A DNA stretch of 64,000 bases from the NCBI RefSeq assembly GCF_964355755.1, contig NC_092676.1:29282871-29346870 (forward strand), written 5' to 3'. This stretch comes from Antedon mediterranea (taxonomy: Eukaryota > Animalia > Echinodermata). Within the stretch, counting starts at the first letter, position 1; each line of letters begins with the position of its first letter. Positions 1 to 11,663 of the stretch are shown piece by piece. The position numbers and the translations under genes are program-made. A model generated the notes under the pieces. It was not told the origin of the DNA. It worked only from the letters and a program-made list of their open reading frames with translations, and searched no databases.

Positions 1-127
1 TGCTTCTGTGCCTCCTGATCTAGATGGAGGTGGGGTGGGGTTAGCGCTTGGTTCTGATTCTCCAAACAGCACATCTATAAGATGGTAAGCTGGTCCTGGT
101 TGGTGAGACTCTAGGTTTGAGAGCGCC
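1..127 (-). CDS. IGHMBP2: IGHMBP2 coding exon 4 (truncated by the window edge)
   Basis: Acceptor TTGTTTCTAG| at 128-137. Reads (Q)ALSNLESHQPGPAYHLIDVLFGESEPSANPTPPPSRSGGTEA, similar to human [22 protein letters not shown]. Not in the ORF track. Confidence 0.9.
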
Positions 128-3100
128 CTAGAAACAATATAAAGAATAGCCCAATTGTAAACATACACTACATTAAAGCTAATGCAATTCAATTTAACTA
201 TTTTATTCCGTCAAGCACTCTGGCTCGAAAATTGTCTTGCTTGTCATCACGTATAAAACATTAAAAATATGATAAAATGGGTAAAATACAAACAGCACGA
301 TACCAAGGGATAAAATACAAAAGCAACAAATATAAAAATTACATTTCAACACACACAGGAATATACAGGATTTATAGCGAATCTATTTCCTTAGGCCATG
401 GTCACAAATTGATAATGTCCCCAGGGGTAAGGGAAAATTATGATATATATCTATATAGAACTGTGGAGGAAAATGTATTAATGTAGTTAGCACCCTAGGG
501 AATAATCATTTATAACTACAAATTAAATACCCACAATCATTTCTATAGCTAAATATTTAATAGAGTCAAACCCTTCTGGTGAAATTCCCCGGGGAAGATG
601 ATGCATTTCATTTAGAGATACTGCACATTAGTTATTAATTATCAAACTACAAAACAACCTTGACAATTTGAATATAACAGAAATATATAACGTAATAAAG
701 ATTATATTATAAAACCTATTTAATATATATACAGGTGGATAGATTTATGATATCAAGAGAAAGTAGTTTGAACTTCAAAATTAACCGTCATGAAGTTAAA
801 TGTGACTTAAGAAATAGTATGTATCAATTGAAAAACGCCTAAAAACGCACCTGTTATATAATAGAAATTACACATTTAAATCTTTCAAAAAGTGGATTTG
901 CATATATCCCAAGTGTGATAGAGCTTACAGAATAGGATAATTAAACATTGAAAATGAATGATGACCTGGACAATGACAATGATGATAATGATGATGATAA
1001 CAGAGGATTATGATGATGATGATGATAACGGAGGATAATGATTGATAAGATGACACTAAAAAGAATGATGGGAAAGTGCTCTATCAGTATTGTTGAGAGA
1101 AGAAAATAGTGATGATGATAATAATAGTAATAGCACTGCTTGACATAATAATATTAATATAGCGCTATTATGAAGACCTACCCATGTATCTAGAATTGAA
1201 TACCTACAATTTGCCGAAACTGTTTCAAGAATCAATTGAGGAAGCATGTCTCAATTAGCGTATTCGAGTGGACTGTTGAGTAGTTTTTCCGTTGAGTACT
1301 TCTTTAACAAGTATTTTGAGCATTGAGATTGTTCTTAACGAAAAAGCTTTCGTTGTCAACGTTTTCTATTCGAATGACTTTCTGTTGAGCACAAATTTAC
1401 AATTCGAATACAAAAAGTACTCAACGAATCTTTACGTTGACAACGAATGTTCCCAATCGAATACGACAACTGTCTCAGCATGTACACAATGAATTACCAT
1501 TTCATAACTAGTTCCTAGGTCAAAGGTCATGACATATCAAAAGCTCCTTACTGTTTAATTCTTCTATAAGTGACATCATTTGCTAGAATCGTCAGCCGGT
1601 ACGTCAACGTATCATCTAACGACACCACATCTTCACCGGCATCAAAAGCAACAGTAATCAGTTTATCTGTGACGCGCGACACGATTCCGGATAATTGAGA
1701 AGCTCCCGAGTTGTCACCACCACCAGAGGGCGACACACCAACAATTGATCCTGAAATAAAATTGACATAAAAAGGTCAATTGCTAAGAGGGTTTTCTCTA
1801 TTTAAGCATACACATTCTACAAAGGTATTTTGTGACAACAGTATTGACAATACAGCTTTCTTAACTACTAACGAATATATAAAATCATTTATGTAAGTTA
1901 GATATTTTAATACAATCTTACAAAATATTACTCGTCTAGGCCTGTTTGAGAAAACCTCGACATCTAACAGATTACCATTCTGGTTTTTGATATAAAAATG
2001 GTTTAAATATGACAAAACAGAATTACTTGGATTTGAACACAAGTTGTCTAGACACACTCTTAAAAGAAGACTTAAAATGAACAGATACAAATACATGCAA
2101 CTAAGATATAAATAAGCATCTTGAATTGTTAGACTTGATGTACATGAGGGGACAGGTAATAAAAACTAATAAAAGCTTCAGTTTTTGAGATGTTCGAATG
2201 TAATATGTGTGCATATCTGATAGATATTATGTAGTTTTGAGTAACTAGTAAAATAACTCACTTACCTGGAGAGAAACTGTTGGTAGGCAGGCAGCCGTCA
2301 TTTGTTGTTTGGGGCGCTTCAAATACCACCAATTTTCTTCCATAAAGACCAGTAAACTGACTGGTAATATGTAGCTTAAGTAGACATACGCCTTTCTGTT
2401 GTAACTCTTTTAGAGGTAAATTCTCTTGAAAAGCTCTGTAAAACAAGAAATATTTCTGCCATTTGACTTTTTGATGTAACAGTTTCAAGTATTGTTTTTG
2501 TAAAAAATTACTTTACTGTACTACTGTGTCAATTGAAGGTATTAAATATATACAGTTACAATACTGAAGAGACCCTATTAATATGGGACATTTTCCATTA
2601 AAAGGAAACATGGGTAATACAGTACTGTTTGTTTTTAAAATAATGGCCAACCCCTATTAAGGGATACTTTGTTGGGTATATGTGTATATATGATGAATGA
2701 AACCATGTATCTTAAACAAAAATCTATACTTGCAAACAAAACATATATTTCAGTAGTTTTTTAACATTATTCTATAAAAAGTATTTTCTGTGGAAGTGGA
2801 GAAAGGCGATTTTTCCATTGGAAACATATCAATTATCAGAATGTATCATGCCACTTAAACTTGCCTTTGATTCCTACGGGATACAACAAACTAAGAATGC
2901 CACACAGACTTCAAATTAAAATATGATCATGTTACTACATACACTTAGGCAATCATCAGCTGGGTTAGTGCGATAAGATTAGATCAATCAATGAATGCAT
3001 TTCATTAACCAGTAATTAAAAAAAAAAAATGAGTTGAGTTTAATTGCTTTAAATTCCATTGGTATTGAAGACTGGCTTTTTAGCTGTCATTCACTACATA

Positions 3101-6100
3101 ATTCTTCGTATATTTAAAAAGTTGAAAATAATAGTTGTTTGTGTGTGTGGTTTATGACCCAAACATAGTTCTTAAGTATGTTCTTTGTTGGTTTACAAGT
3201 TACTATATGCTATTCCCATGTTCTTTAACATTATATTCCTGCATGTGTTATGATTTATTAGTTGGTATGAAAAAGGTCAATTTTTAAATATTAAATATTT
3301 AAAAACATTTTGTGAATTATGTTGTACATATTTTCAGGTTTGGCTTTGGAAGTAGGGTGAGTTTATTTGAGGTAGTTACCAGGGGTAAAGCTGGGTAGGC
3401 CTACATAATAATTTATAAATATAGGTTTTCCTCATTTACATACCAAGTTTGATTGCCACCCAATTGACAACAAAATAATATAAAGCTTGGTTCCCACTAG
3501 AACGTAACGCAAGGACGTAAGCGTTTTAACCAATGACAAGCGAAGTTATAGACAGTTAGCAATCACAAGCGAATAAACCATCGCTTCTGATTGATCAATT
3601 CACTTGCGTTGCGTTACGTCCTTGCGTTGTGTCGCTAGTGGGAACCACGCTTAAGCAATGATTACATATTTTTTACTATTGTAAATATACTCCTTTTTTC
3701 AACTAAAATCACATTAATGTTTTCTTTTTTGTCTTGTACTGAACTGTACTGAACTTTTATTGTATCTCTTTTAAATCAGAGGTACATTCTCAATGAGATG
3801 TGCAACAAGTTTACAGTGAAAAATAGTACACACACACTTATATATATACAAATAATACACACACACTTATTTATATACAAATAATACACACACACTTATA
3901 TATATACAAATAGTACACACACACTTATATATATACAAATAATACACACACACTTATATATATATACAAATAATACACACACACTTATATATATATACAA
4001 ATAGTACACACACACTTATATATATACAAATAATACACACACACTTATATATATACAAATAATACACACACACTTATATATATACAAATAGTACACACAC
4101 ACTTATATATATACAAATAATACACACACACTTATATATATACAAATAATACACACACACTTATATATCAAATAGTACACACACACTTATATATATACAA
4201 ATAATACACACACACTTATATACATACAAATAATACACACACACTTATATATATATATACAAATAATACACACACACTTATTATATACAAAAAACAATTA
4301 GACATAAGAACAAATTACAAACAAAAATTAAGTAAACTGAGAAAGATTAAAAACTAAGAAAATGTATAAATTAAGTTTGAGAAAAAATAATTACTATTAT
4401 ATATCATTTCGTGTGTTCCATGCCATGTAACAATAGGTAACAAGCCACTTTTTTATGTATTCATGATGGTTCCTTTTTATCTACTTTTTAACAAATAGGT
4501 TTTTAATCTTTGGAAATAAAAGTATTGCATATGCTCACTCACAGACATTGACAAAACATTGTGTTTTTTGTAGCGACATTAACATACAAGTAAATCCCGT
4601 TATTAGTGGAGTAGTACGTTGGTGCATTATAGCCTATATTACTACCCAGTCATCTATTCCCATAGCTGTAATGTGACTATGCTATTGACATTCTGATGAA
4701 TTGATTCTCTGCGGCTAAATCTCTACGAATAAGTTGAATGATAACGTTGAAATCAATTGAATATATTTAAATGAATACACAGCGTACAATTCGCCGCATC
4801 TAATCTTAATATGCAATTGAACTTTGCAGCTAAATCCCTTATTTGCATTCTCAATAAAAAAAATCTTTTAGTTCAGTTTAAGAAATCTTCAATTTTAAGG
4901 TTTAATATATTTATTTGTAGCATCAAAATGTAATAACAATAGTAGAATATAATCAAAGGTATCTCTTGTTCTTAGTGTATAAGTAAGGAAGTAATATTTA
5001 TTTTAATTTTATTTTATTCAATTTTTAGGCATAAAAACATATAAAACAAGACAGCGGTGCAGCACCCTGAGGATTGCTATGAGTGCATGGCTCTCCATAT
5101 ACTGCACTTGAACATATAAAAGTAAAGAATAAAAATACAAAGATATAAAAATTGAAAAATTGTGTAGCATAAAATTGAAGTAATATTTTCATGTGGTTAC
5201 GTGGTTAAGTACTTGTCTCGTTTTGGTTCGAATCCTGTTTTTTGTGAGGAAACATTTAATTGATAATAGCATACTGAAACATTTTAAATATATATACATA
5301 CAGTATTACGATAAATATAACAAAAAAAAAATAATAATGGTAAGATTCTCTTTAGTTATGATGAATGAGTAAAGTCTTGTGAGACGTAGGTACAAATTTG
5401 GCCAAATATAGGGGTGTGTGATCAAATATTGGAATTGCCAAATACAGGGGTGTGTGATCAGATACTGGAATTGGCCAAATATAGGGGTGTGTGATCAGAT
5501 ACTGGAATTGCATTACAAATAGATAAAATCAAAATCTTGTGTTTAAATGGTGGAATTATCTTGAGGTGTGAGATAACATTCAAGTATTAGAATATACAAT
5601 AATTAATTCATTCCAATAAAAAAATTTAATATTATCTATGTTTGCCACGCCTAATTTAACAAAAAATTTTCCCCAAGATGGCCTCAATTACTCACAAACA
5701 TGTAAACAAATGCCAGTAAAATGTCAATATTAAACCTGTGATTATGTAACATCCTAAGAGAATAATCTCCCATTTATCATTCTTATATCAAATTACATTT
5801 TTTATAATGTTTATTGAATATTCATCCAGCAATCTAAATCCGCCACAAATTGAAAATTATTCTCCATGCCAACTTTTATTTGTACGTATCAACAATTTCC
5901 ATCCATCTTTTTACATTATACAAATTTATCCCCCTAACTGACTCTGGGTACCACAAACCACCCTCTCCCCTAAATTAGTAATTTTCATACTTACAGATTC
6001 AGATCAGATTCAGATTTGATTTATTAAGTCATTCATACATAGTACATTGATAATTGTTTTCTTGGCAGAAAAACACAAACAAAACACATAATATTTACAT

Positions 6101-9100
6101 TCATGAACAACATGGAAATACTAAAGACCTAATGACGTATCTTTGGAACTCATTGTTGTGTAGCCTAATAGCGCTAGGTAAGAATGAAAATTTATGTCTA
6201 TTTGTTTAACTGGAATTGTACTGCAGTGATGTAGCAACAAGAAATAAAGTAGTCCGGTTTTCGCAAGAAAAGGGAACAATCTCTGTTCATGCCATTGGGT
6301 TGTCACATAGTGAATGTTTATATGTAATATTGCCACTTTCTTTCTGTGACAATGACAACTACATTGGAACAATAATGACAGCGACATTGTGATGACAAAT
6401 GATAACAATCTCTAACAGCTAAGTTACAGCAAAATGTCGACCTTGTCGTCAGAAAATCAGGCAACAACTAACAGTTGTCAGTGCTGCACTTAATAAGGTT
6501 TTTAAAAGTTGTAACATTGAATATCATGTTGAAAAAGACAGTTTTAATATTTTCAGATTTCAGAGGCATATTCAACAGCGGTAACTCTAATTATAGGATG
6601 AACCTTATTTCCATATTGGTGCTGATTTTTGGTCATGGATACTTTTGGCAGACTTGGCATGCCATAAATGATTGTTCTATAAATAATCAAGCTTTTGACA
6701 ATTGGACACTTTTGTATGAATTTTGTATTGATCAAAAATGTTTTATGAAATTATTTTATAGAAAATTGGTTTTGAGGAATTTTCTCATAGGTGTTAAATA
6801 TAACTCGAACCTCAGAATTATGGATTGGAAAGCTAACTTAAGCTTTGTCTGCAATATCAAAGTGTGATGTGCCCATATATGGACATGATGATGTCATATC
6901 ACTCCCATATTTGGGCATATCACATTTTGTTGTCAAACTAGTTTGATAGTGTAGACAGAGCTTTACAGGGCATTGGTTTATTCAAGGTCTATATTCAACA
7001 ATAATCCATATCTGAAAATGTCCACAGTCAGATCAGTGTCAAACAAAAAGATAAAAATATTTCAAATAACTTGTTTTGAACATTTCAATAAAAACTGTAA
7101 AACCTCAAACACATTAAGTGATCTCTGTAACGGATCTTATTGTGACCAGATAATCAAGTTCATTACTAATTAACAATATCCCAATTATGCGTCATTCAAT
7201 ATTAAGGTTATTTTACTATCTATTGTGATCCTATTCCGGCTACCCTGACTTGGACTTAACTTTGAGACTGATCTTATTGTTTCTGTATACCCTTAGGTGT
7301 GAATTAGTTCATCTCTACTACCATCCCATGGTCAATGTATTTTTCATGTATAAAACATTGTCCCTAAGTAATCTATAATCAGGTGTATCAGATTACAGTA
7401 TTTTCTTTTGATTTTTAAATCTCAGTACCTACCTTTTTTTATCACTCTTGATTGAGGGTCAATGTTTTTTTACATCCGTAAAATATAAACACATTTGGTT
7501 TTAAGTTAATCCTAAATAATCAGTAATTTGTATTAAACTATTTTTTCTTTAATAAAGTTTTTATCGGTTTTGATTGACTTAAATTACTAAGTCACAGCCA
7601 AGAATGCAATATAATAATTGCTGCCTAAACGTTATGGCATTATGGACCCATGTGTATGATGATTATGTATGTTTTTTTTGGTTTTTTTTTTATATGAACT
7701 TTATTCAATCAAAATCGTACATTTTTTATGGTAACCATAATAAGGTATAATATTACAGTAGATTTTTACAAAAAAGAAAAAAACCAATATAAATATTAAT
7801 TATAAAATATATACAGCACAATGATTATTTAAATATAGGCCATGGTGTTTAGTATTATAATATTATACAAATAATGAATGTTTATGAGTGCAATGGTACA
7901 AATAATGGCACGAGGATGAAAGGTTATATCAACGAGGCAAAGCCGAGTTGATATAACCTTTCATCATTCACCAAGTGCCATTATTTGTACCATTACACGA
8001 ATACAAAACATTCATTATTTGTTTTATATAACATCTAGACGTTTTTTTTTCGTACACAAAAATGTTTCAAAAAGTACTATTTAACGATCGTTGAATAGTG
8101 CGTACTATTGCACGCCATGTGACCCACATTCGTCCAATCAAATGACAGGAATTTATATAGGTGTTATATAAAAACAAATAGTATCTAATTATATTACTCT
8201 ACACCATAGGAAGATCATGAATGAGGACTTCATCCCAGGGACCAAACAAACACACTAATTATAAATATGTTCCCTCAAGTCTCCAGAAACCAAAGGAAAG
8301 ACATTGCAAATAGGAAATACACAAAGTACAACCTTAAAATGTGTAGTTCCTTTTAATCTAATGGAAACTCCCCTGACTCAAGTCATGAACATTACATTAA
8401 TCAGTTACTTTATCTTTCAAAATTCTGAGACTTATATGGATATATTAATTTGACTATTAAATGTGGACATTTTCCTGTTTTTAAGGGTTATAAATGTCTC
8501 AATAGGCATAATATCTAATCAGTATTCTGGTATAACATTTATAAGCTTATTTCAAAATCATATTTAATTCATTAGTACGATTATCAGACAATTGTACATT
8601 CCATAAACTCCTCCCCTTGACTAAGTGTACACTGTTACCAATATTTGGAATGTATTTATTACTCATTAGGTTAATTATTGTAGTCATTAGATTATTAATT
8701 ATAGCATTAATTAATCTAAAATTGTTCTATAAATTGTGATGGTCATAAATTTTGAAAATTACAATGTGAAAGATAAAACATTTTAATTGGGTCAGAGGTA
8801 TCTGCGTCATTTCAGTTACAATTAACTTAATCGGCACAACAAGAATTAAATGTTTGCGGTCTCCGATTGTAGTTTTGAATTGATGGCAATAAGAGAGATC
8901 CAACGTTCCTTTTGTTTTGCTTTTTTTGTTTTCTATCAGAAGGTCAGAATGGGTCGATATTATAAAGATCATCCTATTGTCCCTCATAAACCTTAAATGG
9001 TGTTTTCTTATCTAGGTATTGTCTACAAATCCTCTTAACACTCGGACGTTTGGGATCCTAGTATTTAATGAGCTTTAAGTAGATTATTTCAGATCATTGG

Positions 9101-10328
9101 GCCAAATATCTGTAAGTTAGTTTTGATACGTTTTAACATAAGAAAAGGATCAATGGCATCCAGACAACAGAGCACTTAATGATGTGTTTTGACTTTAAAA
9201 CGCGATTGATATATTTGGCATGTTTTACTAGTCTATGTAACTTGAAAAATATATATTGTACCCCGGAAAAAATTATTATATATTATATGTTTACTTTTAT
9301 TCGTTGAATCTTATTGTCACATAATTAATCTTAACTGTTTATTTTGCAATTTCATAATTGAATTTTTTTTTTTTTATACAAAAGTGATTAACTTTGCTAA
9401 AACTACAAAATGGGCTATTCAAAGTCTGATTTTTATTAATCTGAGTCACTTTCCATGTTTTGAGGAAATAATACATCTTTAAATGAATTCATTTTAAGAT
9501 TTCTATTTAATTTATTGTTACTACCATCATTGCTGCAGGAGTACAACAAAAGATAATGAAAACTTAAAACAATTCATTCAAATCCTTCAAGGAAAATACT
9601 TAAACCATGGTGCTAGTTATAATAATAACTCCATGCTAAAAAGAATACGAGGTACAAGACAATTTTAACCAGGGAAGAGTGAATTTCACTCTTCCCTGTT
9701 TTTAACAAATGTGCTGGTACTAGTTTCTGTCATCGAAATAAACAAAGCATTCTGGGAAAGGCATGTTTCCCAGGGTTTGGAATTCCTGTAATACAATAAA
9801 GGCTGTTTACCCTTCCTGTTATTGTCACCATTGTTTAAATTAGTCATGCATTTGTAGCATTATGAGCTTTACTTTTATTTCAATAACAAAGAAAGGAGTT
9901 TCCTTCTGTTTACTTTTAATTAACAATTTCTAACACATTTTTACTAAATAATTATTGATTAGGCTTCAATTTTCTAGGGAGTTTAGCTTTATCAATAAAT
10001 GAATATGTCTATATCCAATTCAACTACATTATGTATCTGCAATCTTATGTTGTAAAATAAAATTATATGAGCCTTTGTATTTGTGTTTTTTGTTGTGATA
10101 TTAATAATTCAATTTCAATTTTGTATTTCAGATCTTGTGTTTTAATAAAATATAACTCTCTTAATCAATGTTATTATTCTAAGTTTGTAATGTCATTGTG
10201 TAATGTATAATACACGGTGGTTCCGGTGTAGTGTCTGCTTCTTAATACCTTGTTTCTTCTATTTCTTCTCGTCGTTCAAGGTTTATAAGCCCAATTTGCT
10301 TTTTAACAAATTCCTGTAGTAGGTTCAT
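1..10328 (-). CDS. IGHMBP2: IGHMBP2/SMUBP-2 SF1 helicase gene, 5' part: join(complement 10249..10328, 2266..2435, 1552..1750, <1..127); continues beyond the window start
   Basis: Spliced translation [48 protein letters not shown]...[12 protein letters not shown]...LPTNSFSPG-SIVGV...LANDVTYRRIKQ-ALSNLE...AYHLIDVLFG matches the recalled IGHMBP2 N-terminus. All introns are GT-AG with compatible phases (2,1,2). Confidence 0.95.
957..1055. repeat. Degenerate (GAT/AAT)n microsatellite
   Basis: Runs of GATGATGATAAT. Confidence 0.8.
1552..1750 (-). CDS. IGHMBP2: IGHMBP2 coding exon 3
   Basis: TTTATTTCAG| acceptor and |GTAAGG donor. Encodes SIVGVSPSGG...GIVSRVTDKLITVAFD...LANDVTYRRIK, including the conserved LANDVTY motif. 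Confidence 0.93.
2266..2435 (-). CDS. IGHMBP2: IGHMBP2 coding exon 2 (170 bp)
   Basis: TTTTACAG| acceptor and CAG|GTAAGT donor. Encodes [39 protein letters not shown]...LPTNSFSPG. Confidence 0.93.
3484..3651. mobile_element. MITE family B (PIF/Harbinger-like), best-preserved copy
   Basis: TAA-AGCTTGGTTCCCACTAG..AACGCAAGGACGTAA ... TTACGTCCTTGCGTT..CTAGTGGGAACCACGCT-TAA. Confidence 0.8.
3821..4290. repeat. ~29-bp minisatellite, about 16 copies
   Basis: Unit AAATA(G/A)TACACACACACTTATATATATAC with a variable number of AT dinucleotides. Confidence 0.95.
5396..5511. repeat. ~37-bp tandem repeat, 3 copies
   Basis: TTGGCCAAATATAGGGGTGTGTGATCAGATACTGGAA. Confidence 0.9.
6841..6962. mobile_element. 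MITE family A (PIF/Harbinger-like), copy 1
   Basis: TIRs AGCTTTGTCT...AGACAGAGCT with TTA on both sides; shared core CCCATATATGGACATGATGATGTCATATCAC. Confidence 0.8.
7867..8170. mobile_element. Hairpin-containing interspersed repeat
   Basis: ~70-bp inverted arms (7867..8022) around CGAGGCAAAGCCGAG. The adjacent 8110..8170 recurs inverted at ~60940..60990. Confidence 0.65.
9670..9698. mobile_element. Perfect 29-bp palindrome; candidate transposon excision footprint
   Basis: CAGGGAAGAGTGAA-T-TTCACTCTTCCCTG flanked by ATTTTAAC / TTTTTAAC. Confidence 0.55.
10249..10328 (-). CDS. IGHMBP2: IGHMBP2 first coding exon
   Basis: [26 protein letters not shown](R) resembles human [29 protein letters not shown] donor. 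An acceptor (TTTTATTCATTCAG) 2 nt upstream of the ATG implies a further non-coding 5' exon. Confidence 0.88.
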
Positions 10329-10330
10329 AT

Positions 10331-11541
10331 CTGAATGAATAAAAGTGTAAATTAAATGCATGTCTAGATTTAATATAATCACTGTTGGGTATAATTGCAG
10401 CATTTTAACTAACATACATGTTGACAATTTACATTCTACGAGCTTAGACCTACCTAAGCCCATCACACACACTAGTCTAGCTAAGTTAGGCCTATCCGGC
10501 GACGCACTGGTCGTGTGAGTCGGACACCTCCATGGTCGGACAGACGGCGGTTCCCCGAACAGACACATGTCAACAACACAGGCATAGGAAGGGCCTAGCC
10601 TAGACAAATCCAACACGTTTAGTATTATAAAACAACCTACTTTATTCAATACTTTGCTTAATATTATGCTAAAATAATCATTAAATCATATTATATTATA
10701 TTAAATAGTAAATATTAATAAATTACTTCTTTGATGATCTTTTTAGAATACTAGCTAGGCCTAGGCTTAATAAAACATCATGGCAAATCAAAACAAAAAA
10801 ACATGATCAAAATTTATCTACTGCCCTCATTCGTTAGAAAACTTGATGTTTAAAAAACAAAAAAGCAGACGACAAAACAAAAACAGTGTGGTGAAATTAT
10901 GGTTAAAAATTGTATAAAAAAATTAATAATTTGTCTTTTTAGGCATTTTTTGAAGCAAAATAACTTTTAACTTGTTGGTTATTACTTCATAGACTGTGTA
11001 AAAACCATCAGTGTGTGGATGTAGTTCGAAGTTATCTTTAGTGATTCATATGTAAATTAGCCCGAGCAGCCCAGCTTTTCACAAGTTTTGTAAGCACCGC
11101 CTACTCGCGAGAGATTGACCGCCACGGTTCGTGCATCACGTCGGCTGGCAGTGTCTATTGAAAGACGTTCAGTAGCACGAACATACACGCTAAGGACACC
11201 ACTTACAACACTGGAATGTATGGCTTTTCTTATTTATCTTTTATTGTAAAGAAGGCGTTCGTTGGATTGAGCTTTTTATTTCTTGTTTATTAGGAAGGGA
11301 AACACACCCTTCATTCATTGTTTCAGAAACGCTTGTACAGTTCAAAACAGATACATTTCTGCCGTGATCAATTTTTACAAACCGGTTGTGTTGCATTGTT
11401 AGAGACATATCGCTCCCCCATCCATTTGGCGATACATGTTATTATATTTTACGCAAACTTTTACGGATAGTTTAGTGCAATTCATTTGCAACTTTTTTTT
11501 AACCTAATTTCTAGTGATTTGGACAATTTTACAAACTAACT
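10331..11541. promoter_or_regulatory. Shared divergent promoter and 5' UTR region of IGHMBP2 and ephrin
   Basis: Lies between the two divergent ATGs. CpG-rich patches at ~10490-10600 and ~11060-11200. ACTCGCGAGA at 11103-11112 and an Inr-like TCAGT at 11169-11173. Confidence 0.65.
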
Positions 11542-11663
11542 ATGGATTGGAAACATAGATGTAACCCATTAATAATTTTGTTATGGATCTTTGCAATAAT
11601 TGTCAACACATCCTCATTGGCTAGGACACTTTCAGCAATTGAATGGAACCAGAAAAACATAGG
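11542..11663 (+). CDS. Efn: Ephrin exon 1 (signal peptide and first strand of the ephrin domain)
   Basis: MDWKHRCNPLIILLWIFAIIVNTSSLARTLSAIEWNQKNI(G): hydrophobic signal plus the ephrin W-N-x-x-N motif. Strong GG|GTAAGT donor in phase 2, matching exon 2. Confidence 0.85.

Noticed and set aside
1245-1482. Imperfect inverted repeat (CGTATTCGA / TCGAATACG) resembling an old MITE
   Set aside because: Ends and TSD could not be defined and no second copy was found in the window.
5194-5236. tRNA-like A box and B box (GGTTCGAATCC); another B box near 22645
   Set aside because: The spacing is too short and there is no cloverleaf; at most decayed tRNA-derived SINE heads.
5993-6120. (CAGATT)n next to TTTATT, resembling a LINE/SINE 3' tail; similar tails near 33300-33400 and 38350-38405
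   Set aside because: No coding remnant or shared body was identifiable, so too weak to call.
10329-10649. N-terminal part of the 135-aa ORF upstream of the IGHMBP2 Met
   Set aside because: No resemblance to IGHMBP2, and a splice acceptor sits 2 nt before the likely ATG, so this part is intronic or UTR.
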